Assembly (NCBI GenBank): GCA_041651195.1
Contig: JBAZJR010000003.1
Coordinates: 82,441 to 146,440, forward strand
Direction of reading: 5' to 3'
Length of the DNA: 64,000 bases
DNA from: Patescibacteria group bacterium
GTDB taxonomy: Bacteria > Patescibacteriota > Patescibacteriia > Patescibacteriales > UBA12465
A program made the position numbers and the translations under genes. Positions 50,343 through 59,373 of this stretch are shown here, piece by piece (the first letter of the stretch is position 1; each line of letters opens with the position of its first letter). The notes beneath the pieces are model-generated. The model searched no databases. It saw nothing but the letters and a program-made list of their open reading frames with translations, and was not told the DNA's origin.

Positions 50343-51221
50343 ATGCATCAAGGAAAAAAGATTACAATTTATTTAGCTGCCGGTCTTCCGAAAGGAATAA
50401 GGGAAATAAGAATTGATCAATGGAGCGGTAAAGCCATTTGTGGTCCGCGCAATGCTTTAAGTGAGATTATCTCCTTGCCAGAAACAGAAAATGGAGCATG
50501 TGTTTATTTCTTAATAGGAAATTCTGATGAAGGTGGGTTGCTCGCTGTATATGTCGGGGAGGCTGACGGTTTTAAGGAGAGAATAAGAGATCATGATTAT
50601 AAAAAAGATTGGTGGCAGGATGTTGTTGTTTTTGTAAGTCAGGATGGATCGCTAACTAAGACAGGTATCCAGTATCTTGAGAGCGTTTGTATTGAACGCC
50701 TAATAAAAATTGGGAAATGCAATCTTAAGAACATCAATAAACCGAGCATGCCAACTATTCCAAAAGAAGATATAAGCGGTTTGGAGGTGTTTTATGAAAA
50801 TTTAGGAATTATAATGCCGTTACTCGGGTATGATATATTCGTTCAAGCAGAACTAATATCTGGAAAAGTGCTGGACGCCTCATCTGTTTTTACATGCAAA
50901 AAAGGAACAAATGTTATTGCTACTGGGCATCTTTTGGAAGATGGAAAAATGAAAGTTTTAAAATTATCTACGGCTTCATTAGAAGAAACTCCATCTTTTC
51001 AAACGCATCCTTACAAAAAACTTAGAGAAGAGCTTATTGCCATGAAACGAATTATTGCTCATGGGCCTGTTCTTATTTTTACCGATGATTATGTTTTTGA
51101 TAGCTCAAGCGCTGCCTGCGGAGTAATATTTGGGAGATCTGCCTCCGGTCCGTTGGAGTGGAAAAATAGCGATGGAGCTTCCCTTAAAGAGACTCTAAAT
51201 TCGAAATTGAAAGCTGAATAA
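50343..51221 (+). CDS. GIY-YIG-like nuclease domain protein with unknown C-terminal domain
   Basis: GACVYFLIG-(11 aa)-VYVGEADGFKERIRDH followed by conserved-position Glu (LESVCIERL) and Asn (KNINKP), matching GIY..YIG..R..H..E..N spacing. 292 aa. Confidence 0.55.
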   Translation: MHQGKKITIYLAAGLPKGIREIRIDQWSGKAICGPRNALSEIISLPETENGACVYFLIGNSDEGGLLAVYVGEADGFKERIRDHDYKKDWWQDVVVFVSQDGSLTKTGIQYLESVCIERLIKIGKCNLKNINKPSMPTIPKEDISGLEVFYENLGIIMPLLGYDIFVQAELISGKVLDASSVFTCKKGTNVIATGHLLEDGKMKVLKLSTASLEETPSFQTHPYKKLREELIAMKRIIAHGPVLIFTDDYVFDSSSAACGVIFGRSASGPLEWKNSDGASLKETLNSKLKAE

Positions 51222-51421
51222 CTATTTATAAAATAAACACGATTCTACCACCTCCTCTTGTATTGCTAGCGAAACAAAAAGTTGTGACGCTATTGTGACT
51301 GAAAAGTGGTAAAATCGTGATATTTCGGACTAAAACTGGTTAATCAAAAAAGTTAAAATATTCTCTAATGCTAGTAAAAATTTGCTAACATTAAATCATA
51401 TATAAAAATCTCGATTTTGTT

Positions 51422-51442
51422 TTCGAATCCGACCCCGGGAGC
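51422..51442 (+). repeat. attR core: direct repeat of tRNA-Asn 3' end
   Basis: TTCGAATCCGACCCCGGGAGC identical to 44247-44267. Followed by hairpin plus T-run (51455-51480). Confidence 0.85.
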
Positions 51443-51586
51443 TTAGGACAATGACGCCAATCTTGGCGTTATTCTTTTGTAATCAGAGCCAGCATCCGGA
51501 TTTAGTCAGCGGTTTATGGTTATTAAAAATTTACAGAATAGTATGAAATGTGCTATTTTAGTTTTATAAACTAAAATTATAAATTT

Positions 51587-52795
51587 ATGTCTTTTGGATG
51601 GCCGACCCCGTCGTCTGATAATTCGATAAGTAAAGCTGAAGGCGAAAAATTTATTGAAAGTGATAAAAAAAAGTTTGGAAGGAAAGGATATTCTGAGGAG
51701 CGGAATATTTATGAGCAGAGGCGTCAGGCCGTGGAAAATTATTTGATTGACCCGGAAAATTTAAAAATGGTAGAGACTGAGTTTGGCTCAGCCAAGGTCC
51801 GGACGGTTATCGCGCGTTGGGATGCTCCCGAAGATCTTAGGGAAGTCGGAGCCAAACCAGATACCTTGCGGATTACCATATATGTTCCGGGGATGTTTGA
51901 ATGTGATAAGCCTAATTTTGGTAACTATCCTCTAGAAATAAAATTAGCCGGTACGATGCTAATGGGTGATGCCGAATCTTTCGTGGTTTTAAAGGCTGAA
52001 GGTTTGAATAAGGAGGCCTATATTGACGATGGCGGACAGGGACGAGGACAAGGTTTGGTGGCGGAAGAAGCCGTCAAGCAACTGGAGAAGTCATTACAAG
52101 CAATGAAACAAAAGATGGGGCTAGGAGAAGAAGCTAAAATAGAATTTGAGGTCGTTGGATCCTCTGAGGGCAGTACTCAGGGAGCGAGTATCGCCGAGAA
52201 AATAGTTGAGCGCAATTTAGGCAAGGTTAATGCTTTTACCTCAATTGGTGGAGTGGGCTTAGCTGGCGGAGAGGATCAAACAGAAGTCGCTGTTATTAAT
52301 CAACTGAGAGCGAAGATAGATCCCAAAAATGAATATCAAATGCCAAAAACTTATTCGGAAGTCGGAGAGGATACTTTTTTAATAAATCGTCAGATGATCG
52401 GCGACGCTAAGCAGGGCGGGTATGAATATTCTTTAGGCAAAGCTTATGTTGATCCTAAAGGTGATATTAGGAATGTCGCTAAGTGGGGTTGGAGATATTT
52501 AAAAAGTAAATTGGGTCTGGCCGAAGAAGTCCCTCACGAACGGGTGCAGGCGGTTTTTATTAAAAATCATGACTTTGATAAGTTAGCTACGAATGGGGTT
52601 CCAATTGTGGTTTTAGCTGGCTCCGAGGATAGAATATTCCCGGCGGCCGAGATTCAAAAAGGAGTTGAAGATTTGCGGTCACGGGGAGGCAAAGCATTGT
52701 TATTAATTACCAATATGGGACACAGCTTTCCGCACGAGAACCCATCAGGCGCCGCTATGGCCTTAAGATTATTTAGAAATAAAGCTGGAATATAG
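51587..52795 (+). CDS. hypothetical protein with alpha/beta-hydrolase-like C-terminal half
   Basis: GSSEG nucleophile-elbow-like (GxSxG) in VVGSSEGSTQG, downstream Asp (GSEDRIFP) and near-C-terminal His (GHSFPHE). AT-rich composition like the island. Confidence 0.45.
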   Translation: MSFGWPTPSSDNSISKAEGEKFIESDKKKFGRKGYSEERNIYEQRRQAVENYLIDPENLKMVETEFGSAKVRTVIARWDAPEDLREVGAKPDTLRITIYVPGMFECDKPNFGNYPLEIKLAGTMLMGDAESFVVLKAEGLNKEAYIDDGGQGRGQGLVAEEAVKQLEKSLQAMKQKMGLGEEAKIEFEVVGSSEGSTQGASIAEKIVERNLGKVNAFTSIGGVGLAGGEDQTEVAVINQLRAKIDPKNEYQMPKTYSEVGEDTFLINRQMIGDAKQGGYEYSLGKAYVDPKGDIRNVAKWGWRYLKSKLGLAEEVPHERVQAVFIKNHDFDKLATNGVPIVVLAGSEDRIFPAAEIQKGVEDLRSRGGKALLLITNMGHSFPHENPSGAAMALRLFRNKAGI

Positions 52796-52986
52796 TTTTT
52801 ACAATTTTTTTTATTTTTTTATTGAGTGCGAGCGTATAATTTATTTATCTGATTTTGGTATATATGTTCTATTATGAGTAGTCATAAAATAGATTCGTGC
52901 TTCCTTTATCACGCCGAGTTATAAAAAAGAGGCTATAATCAGTAGCCTCTTTTATCTTATCATGTTTTGTAGATTAACTATGGCAA

Positions 52987-53253
52987 TTATAGAGACAGCC
53001 AAGCAGTATATGCAGAATTAAGATTTTTGGCTTCATCTGCGCTAATGTCTAAATTTTCAAAATTTTCAAAACCCTTGTTTTTCATTTCTGTAACTAAAGA
53101 ATCAATCTCACTCCCAATGCCATTTTGATCGAAATTTACTGAGTCTCCCGACCTGTCGAATTCTGCGGCTATTCTAGCCGCTAGCCCTTTTGCCGTCATG
53201 GCTAGCTGTTCTTTACTTGTCTTATTCATTTCGAAAGATTTTTCACCTATCAT
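52987..53253 (-). CDS. hypothetical small protein
   Basis: 88 aa minus-strand ORF in AT-rich region. Confidence 0.3.
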   Translation of the reverse strand: MIGEKSFEMNKTSKEQLAMTAKGLAARIAAEFDRSGDSVNFDQNGIGSEIDSLVTEMKNKGFENFENLDISADEAKNLNSAYTAWLSL

Positions 53254-53489
53254 ATACTTATTGTTTAATAATAGCTTATATTTATTATATCACTAGTAAA
53301 TAAATAAACAAGAGGGGCTTTAATTGACAAATATTACTATATGTGATAAATTATCCTAATTCCTAACGACTGGAATTATGTGGTAAAGAAAAATACCATG
53401 AAAGGCATGTAGCCAACAAAATCCGTTCTCTGGCGACGGTCGCTAGATAGTCCCCCATGGTGCTGGGACAATAAACTGCACATTAAAAA

Positions 53490-54362
53490 ATGAAAAATTT
53501 AATTAATTTTTTCGTGAATTTTATTGGCGGTTTTAATAAAATCGTCAAATCTTTTTTCGGGGGTAAGAAAAAAAATATTGTCGGATCAGATATTGATCAG
53601 GTTGATCCCCAGTTAGCCCCGGAAAAATCCGCGGCAGATCCCGATATCGATCCTGATCAAGATAAATTCAATCACGCATTGGCGCAGAAAATAATGGCTG
53701 CGATTAAGAACGGGGCTGACGCTGCCGACGCGGAATATCTGGTCGATAAAGAAGACGCCCGGCTTTTCCATAGCGCGCGCGATCTTCGGCTCAAAATCCG
53801 GATCCTCAACGCCTTCCAAGACGGGAAAAAAAGTAAGGACAAATTAGTTTTTGCCGCCTCGCTGCCGCATGGCTTGGGCACAAGTTTAAAGGATGAAATG
53901 CTTGCCACCTTCCAGGAATTAATCGATGTCTATGGGAATAATACCCATGAATTATCGGTGGTAAAGTCGGCAGCCAGCGATTTCCGTGATTTAGAGGCGC
54001 CTATATTAGAATTCTTATTCCGCCATTTATACCGTAAATATAGCTGGAAATTCGTTAGGCAGGTCGTCAGAGTCAGCACTTGTCCGAACCCGGATTTTCT
54101 CATTTTTCGTTTAAGGACCGAAATTTGTCTGCATTTGCCGCTGGTGATAGCCTTGGTATGCTTAGATGGCATAAGCAGCCCAATCGGCGACAGTAAAATG
54201 CCGTTAATTATGGATTTCGAGGATAGATATGATTTCAGCCTGGAAAAAGACGGAGGATTTACCTGGGAAGAGATATGGCCGGGGATCAAGGCCGTATTCA
54301 ATAATTACTTCCTGGGGGGAGTAGATTTTATCATAGACTGCCAGGCGGTAAATAACGACTGA
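53490..54362 (+). CDS. hypothetical protein
   Basis: 290 aa ORF, AT-rich. No motif. Confidence 0.4.
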   Translation: MKNLINFFVNFIGGFNKIVKSFFGGKKKNIVGSDIDQVDPQLAPEKSAADPDIDPDQDKFNHALAQKIMAAIKNGADAADAEYLVDKEDARLFHSARDLRLKIRILNAFQDGKKSKDKLVFAASLPHGLGTSLKDEMLATFQELIDVYGNNTHELSVVKSAASDFRDLEAPILEFLFRHLYRKYSWKFVRQVVRVSTCPNPDFLIFRLRTEICLHLPLVIALVCLDGISSPIGDSKMPLIMDFEDRYDFSLEKDGGFTWEEIWPGIKAVFNNYFLGGVDFIIDCQAVNND

Positions 54363-54514
54363 TGGCCTAAGAACTTAAGCGGTGTTCATTTAACGCCGCT
54401 TTTTAATTGAGATTGGCGATCCGGATATAGTATAGTATACTAGGAAAGCTGGCGGAGACTTTTAGGCAGGTAGCCGCTAGGGAAACGGACAGAGCTAAAA
54501 TAATTTTTAAAACA

Positions 54515-55057
54515 ATGGATATAAGATTAGATTCAAAAAAATTGCGGACGATAGACCCCGCGCAGGCTCTGGAGCTGAGCCGGAAATTGAAAAGGACGGA
54601 TATCTATCTGGTTTTAGAGGATGTCCTGGACACTTATAACATCGGCGGCTTCTTTCGGCTAGCTGACGCCATCGGCGCTAAGAAGCTGTATCTCTGCGGC
54701 GCCACCAGCACGCCGCCGGACAGCAAGATCCAGAAAGCTTCGGTCGGCACCTATAAATTTCAGCCTTGGGAGTATCGGCGGACCGTTCTTGAGGCGATTA
54801 AGGATCTGAGGCGGATCAAGGGCTTGCGGGTCGTGGCGATCGAGCAATGCCTCGGCTCGATCGATTATCGCGCCTTTGATTATCGCGCTCCTTTAGCTTT
54901 CGTTTTAGGCAACGAAACTTATGGCCTGTCTAAGAAGACGCAGAAACTCGTCGACGCGGTGGTTGAGATCCCGATGTACGGGATCAATAAGTCTTTGAAC
55001 GTCATGATCGCCTCCGGCATCGTGGTCTATACCGCTTTGGGCAGGATGATGGAATAA
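54515..55057 (+). CDS. SpoU-class (SPOUT) RNA 2'-O-methyltransferase
   Basis: LVLEDVLDTYNIGGFFRLADAIGAKKLYLCG...AFVLGNETYGLS...IPMYGINKSLNVMIASGIVVY: SpoU motifs I-III. Confidence 0.75.
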   Translation: MDIRLDSKKLRTIDPAQALELSRKLKRTDIYLVLEDVLDTYNIGGFFRLADAIGAKKLYLCGATSTPPDSKIQKASVGTYKFQPWEYRRTVLEAIKDLRRIKGLRVVAIEQCLGSIDYRAFDYRAPLAFVLGNETYGLSKKTQKLVDAVVEIPMYGINKSLNVMIASGIVVYTALGRMME

Positions 55058-55075
55058 AAAGCTGAAGATGGTATA

Positions 55076-55888
55076 ATGACTATACAGATGATAGTCATCT
55101 TAAACCATAATATTATGTTTTTAAAGATTCTCGCCGCCGCGCTCTTCCTGCTTATGGTCGCGGTCAACTCTCTGGCGAATATCCTGCCGATCAACGGCCG
55201 GGATACCGGCATGATCTCTGACGCCTATCCGAACCTCTTTGCTCCGGCTGGATTGACTTTCTCTATCTGGGGCCTGATTTATATCCTGCTGGCCGCTTAT
55301 ACGATCTATCAATTCGGGTTTTTCCGGGGCGATCCCGGGGCGGGGAAAGGAAAGATCTTACGGTCCGTCAATATCTATTTCATTATCAGCTCTTTGCTCA
55401 ACATCTCTTGGATCTTTGCCTGGCATTATGATCTGATCTGGCTGTCGTTCCTGATCATCTTAGCGCTTTTCTTTTGTCTGCTTAAGATCACAAGGATGCT
55501 GTCGCACGAAAGATTTACTGCTCTTAGCAAGGCGCTGCTTGTCTTGCCATTCAGCATTTATCTCGCCTGGATAACGGTCGCCAATATCGCTAATTTCACG
55601 GTTTTCCTAGTTAGCCTGGGTTGGAACGGCCTGGGTCTCGGCGGACAGATTTGGACTATGCTCGCCTTATTGCTGGGCGCCGCTTCGGGCGCCATCTTGA
55701 TGCTCAAGGATAAGAATCTCGCTTACAGCCTGGTTTTTATTTGGGCTTATGCGGGCATACTCATAAAACATCTATCAGCCTCGGGTTTCAACGGGGAATA
55801 CCCGGCGGTCATCATTACCGTCATCCTTTCTTTAGCCTTTTTTATCCTGATCGGCGGGCGCCTAGTTTATAGCCGGACGAAGAGTTAA
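55076..55888 (+). CDS. polytopic membrane protein, TspO/MBR-like (tryptophan-rich)
   Basis: LFAPAGLTFSIWGLIYILLAAYTIY and WIFAWHYDLIW resemble TspO helices. Longer than canonical TspO, so tentative. Confidence 0.4.
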   Translation: MTIQMIVILNHNIMFLKILAAALFLLMVAVNSLANILPINGRDTGMISDAYPNLFAPAGLTFSIWGLIYILLAAYTIYQFGFFRGDPGAGKGKILRSVNIYFIISSLLNISWIFAWHYDLIWLSFLIILALFFCLLKITRMLSHERFTALSKALLVLPFSIYLAWITVANIANFTVFLVSLGWNGLGLGGQIWTMLALLLGAASGAILMLKDKNLAYSLVFIWAYAGILIKHLSASGFNGEYPAVIITVILSLAFFILIGGRLVYSRTKS

Positions 55889-56003
55889 GGAGAGGGCTAA
55901 ATATTTTTGATTAATGGCTCGCGCGGCGGGCCGTTTTTATTTTTTGCCAGCTACCTTGTATTACATAGTATTAGGTGCTATAATGTAAATAGTTTATTAT
56001 TCA

Positions 56004-56366
56004 TTGTGGATAAGTATGGCTAATCAACAGCAAATCGACACGGAAAATACTCAGGCGCAGATGCGCAAAGGGATCTTAGAATTCTGTATCCTGCTCGTCA
56101 TTTCGCGGGGCAAGGTCTATTGCTCGGATATCTTGAGCGAGCTGCGGGAAGAGGATCTCCTGGTAGTCGAAGGTACGGTCTATCCTCTTTTGACGCGCCT
56201 GAAGAACTCCGGCTTGCTTTCCTATGATTGGGAAGAATCGCCAAGCGGACCGCCGCGCAAATATTATTCCCTGACTCCGAAAGGCCGCGAGACCCTGCGG
56301 CAATTGACGCTCACTTGGCGGGCGCTCAATAAATCCGTTAATTCATTGATTAAAAAGTTTAAATAA
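56004..56366 (+). CDS. PadR-family transcriptional regulator
   Basis: ILEFCILLVISRGKVYCSDILSEL...EGTVYPLLTRLKNSGLLSYDWEES....KYYSLTPKG winged-helix PadR signature. Confidence 0.85.
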   Translation: MWISMANQQQIDTENTQAQMRKGILEFCILLVISRGKVYCSDILSELREEDLLVVEGTVYPLLTRLKNSGLLSYDWEESPSGPPRKYYSLTPKGRETLRQLTLTWRALNKSVNSLIKKFK

Positions 56367-56424
56367 TTTTTTCCTCATTCCGATTCCTGTCCCCGCATGC
56401 GGGAGGGAAAGGACCATCGCTCAT

Positions 56425-58362
56425 ATGAAAAAAAGCATTAACATCACCCTGAACGGCTTAGTCTTCAGCTTGGAGGAAGACGCTTATGAAAAACTACAGG
56501 CCTATCTGGATTCTATCAAGGAGTATTATGAAGCGCCGGAAGAAGGGAAAGAGATTTTGGCTGACATCGAGTCGAGCATCGCTGAAAAATTCGGTCAGAA
56601 ATTGAAATCAGCCAAGCAGGCGATCACGTTGGCCGATGTCGCGGAAGTCATCAAGGTCATGGGAACGGTGGCGGAGATTACGGAGTCGGAGGAAACCAGC
56701 CAGCCGGCAGCCGTAGAATCAAGCCGTTCAGCGCCAGAAACGCCGCTTTCCAAGAAAAGACTGTATCGCGATCCTGATGACGTCATTATCGCCGGCGTCG
56801 CCTCCGGCATCGCCGCTTATTTTGGCATCGATCCGGTTTTTGTCCGCCTGATCTTTATCATCTTAGTCTTCGCTAATGGCCTAGGCGTCTTAGCTTATTT
56901 AATCTTTTGGATCGCGATGCCTAAAGCCGCGACCAACGCCCAGAAATTAGAGATGCGCGGTAAGCCGGTCAATCTGGCGGAAATCCAGCAGGCCGTCAAG
57001 GAAAAGTCTAAGACTATCGGCGCCGAAGGCCGGGACGCGCTCGGCCATCTGCGCCGGAATAATGCCGTGCGCCAGATCTTGGGTTTTCCCGTCCGGGTCG
57101 TGGAGGCGCTCTTCCTGTTTTTGAAAAATATCGGCCGCTTCCTTTTGCCGGCAATCAGTATATTTTTAGGCTTAGTCTTCCTGGCGGCCTCGCTCTTTAG
57201 CATCCTCGGCCTCAGTATCGCTTCCGCTCTGATGGTTTTCAATATCAATTCGCCTTATCTGGTCTCTGACTTGCCTTTAGCCGAGATTGCCAGCCAGCCC
57301 GGGTATTATGTCGGCGTCATCTCTTTATATGCGATCTGCGTCCTACCCTTGATCTTCTTATCCTCTTTGGGCCTGACGATGATCAGGCGAAAAAATTCTT
57401 TTAATCTAGTCGCCTCCAGCATCCTGATCGGGATCTGGATGGCCGCTATCGCCGTTTTCGTCGTAGCGGCGGTCGATCTTGTGCCGCTCGTCAAGACGCG
57501 GGTCGAGGAGATCAACCGCCAACAGGCAACCAGCCAAAGCTTTGCCTATCGAGATTTTAATAAATTATATCTGAGCGGTTACCAGGATATCAAGGTTGTC
57601 AAAGGGGATGATTTTGCGATCAATCTGTCCGGCCGGCCGGAAGACTTGGCTCGCCTATCGTTTAAGATCGAAGAGGGACAGCTGCAGGTGACGCAGCGCA
57701 GCCGGGAAAATAAAGGGATCTGCATTTTCTGTTTCGATAAGAAGATTAGCGGCGAGATCGTAATGCCGCGCCTAGACTCTTTCGTCGGCGTCAATCGTTC
57801 CGAGGCGGAGCTAAAAGGCTTTGATCAGGATATCTATATCAGTTTAGGGGAAACAGCCGAGGCCCGTTTGGAAATGCAGGGACAGAATCTGAACGGCAGC
57901 CTGAGCGGTCTGGGCAGCGAATTAAGGCTTAGCGGCACGGCTGATAGCCTAGATTTGAAGATGGACGGATCAGCGGAATTAGCTGCTGATGATCTGACGG
58001 CGCAAAAGATTAAATTGACCATGAGCGTCTTTAGCGAGGCTCGCCTGTCGGGGAGCGTGGCTGCATTGACGGCCGACTTGAAAGGGCATAGCGAGTTATT
58101 CGCGGATGACCTATCTGCCGGCCTGGTAAAAATCACCGCGCGCGACTTTTCTAGCGCCGACTTATGGGCGCGGGAAGCGTTAGAAGCGGAAACTTTTGAT
58201 AATGCTTCCGTAACTTATCGGGGCGGTCCTCAGAGCGTTCTGAAGCGATCGGCCGGACACAGTTCTATCATCGGCTGGTTCGACGAGGAGCGGTTAGATG
58301 AGCCAGAGAGCGGCGTTGACGGGAATGAACCAGTCACTTTTATTATTCCGCCGCAACAATAA
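56425..58362 (+). CDS. PspC-domain membrane protein with DUF4097/adhesin-like C-terminal repeats
   Basis: KRLYRDPDDVIIAGVASGIAAYFGIDPVFVRLIFIILVF = PspC domain. Multiple TMs. C-terminal beta-rich repeats (LSGSL..LSGTADSLDLKMDGSAEL...). Downstream of PadR. Confidence 0.6.
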   Translation: MKKSINITLNGLVFSLEEDAYEKLQAYLDSIKEYYEAPEEGKEILADIESSIAEKFGQKLKSAKQAITLADVAEVIKVMGTVAEITESEETSQPAAVESSRSAPETPLSKKRLYRDPDDVIIAGVASGIAAYFGIDPVFVRLIFIILVFANGLGVLAYLIFWIAMPKAATNAQKLEMRGKPVNLAEIQQAVKEKSKTIGAEGRDALGHLRRNNAVRQILGFPVRVVEALFLFLKNIGRFLLPAISIFLGLVFLAASLFSILGLSIASALMVFNINSPYLVSDLPLAEIASQPGYYVGVISLYAICVLPLIFLSSLGLTMIRRKNSFNLVASSILIGIWMAAIAVFVVAAVDLVPLVKTRVEEINRQQATSQSFAYRDFNKLYLSGYQDIKVVKGDDFAINLSGRPEDLARLSFKIEEGQLQVTQRSRENKGICIFCFDKKISGEIVMPRLDSFVGVNRSEAELKGFDQDIYISLGETAEARLEMQGQNLNGSLSGLGSELRLSGTADSLDLKMDGSAELAADDLTAQKIKLTMSVFSEARLSGSVAALTADLKGHSELFADDLSAGLVKITARDFSSADLWAREALEAETFDNASVTYRGGPQSVLKRSAGHSSIIGWFDEERLDEPESGVDGNEPVTFIIPPQQ

Positions 58363-58497
58363 TCTAATTACTAAGCGATAGCCGGGTATGAATAAAGTAT
58401 TGACGATTCGTGAGTATATGATAAACTACTTTGTTATCTAAATAGTTATTTTAAAACTCAAATCTATTATTTCTAAATAAAGAGGAGGCAATCTCTC

Positions 58498-59286
58498 ATG
58501 TGGTATTTAACGTATAAGCTTTTCCGTCCGATCCTGCCTGTTTCCGGCGGTTTGGCCGCCTGGATAGTTTCCCAAACCTGCGGGGCGGATTTTCAGTTGT
58601 CACTGGCCGCCGCCCTGACCGTCGCGTTTGGCACCATTGGCGCTAGTTTCTATCATTACGGCGGCGCAAACTGGATGTATGCGCGTAAATCAGAGCGTTT
58701 GCAATTCAAGGATCCGCAGGTAATAATGCTCATCGGCCTTGTCATCTTCAGCCTATCTATCGTCATAGCGGTGCAGTGGTTGCCGAAGCAATGCGTGTAT
58801 ATCGCTCTCTTCAATACTATCGCGGTAGCCGCCTATTCAGCTAAGTTATCCTCGCACTGGATAACGAAAAATCTGACCATGAGTCTGGTCTGCGCCACGC
58901 CGGTTGCCATCGGTTGGCAAGCCGGGCACTTGACTCACCCCATAGTCCCTTGGGCGCTCGCCATAGCGATGTTGGCCCATCTATCGCGGGAAATGATCAA
59001 GGATGTCAAGGATATCATCGCCAATAACGGCCGTCGGGTCACCCTGCCGATGGTGCTGGGAACCGATAGAGTCCTGCAGATCGCCGGCAGCCTACTGCTT
59101 ATTGTCGGCGTTATGATGATTTCTTTATTGCGCTTTACCGGAAATATATTTCAGCAGACTATGGTCGCTATAGCTGTAACCTTATTCGTTTTAACCGCTT
59201 GGCGCCTTATCCTCCGTAAGCAGGCCAGGCGAAGCGAGACCGTGATTACCTTCGGACTATTCTGTATTTTACTGGCTTTAGCGTAA
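58498..59286 (+). CDS. hypothetical polytopic membrane protein
   Basis: 262 aa, about 8 TM. SD AAGAGGAGG upstream. No catalytic motif recognised. Confidence 0.45.
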   Translation: MWYLTYKLFRPILPVSGGLAAWIVSQTCGADFQLSLAAALTVAFGTIGASFYHYGGANWMYARKSERLQFKDPQVIMLIGLVIFSLSIVIAVQWLPKQCVYIALFNTIAVAAYSAKLSSHWITKNLTMSLVCATPVAIGWQAGHLTHPIVPWALAIAMLAHLSREMIKDVKDIIANNGRRVTLPMVLGTDRVLQIAGSLLLIVGVMMISLLRFTGNIFQQTMVAIAVTLFVLTAWRLILRKQARRSETVITFGLFCILLALA

Positions 59287-59304
59287 GCTCATTGTTAAGA
59301 CTTG

Positions 59305-59336
59305 ATGACTGTTTTTAAAGGCAGTCATTTTTATTT
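59305..59336 (+). terminator. rho-independent terminator
   Basis: ATGACTG-loop-CAGTCAT followed by TTTTTATTT. Confidence 0.5.
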
Positions 59337-59373
59337 ACTTTGTTTACAAAAACAGTTTCTATTAAAAGATATC

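Larger units (their letters stand above)
44268..51442 (+). mobile_element. integrated genomic island (about 7.2 kb) at tRNA-Asn with tyrosine integrase and 4-gene cargo
   Basis: tRNA, then integrase, then cargo, then 21-bp direct repeat of tRNA 3' end. Interior visibly AT-richer than flanking core genes. Confidence 0.8.
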
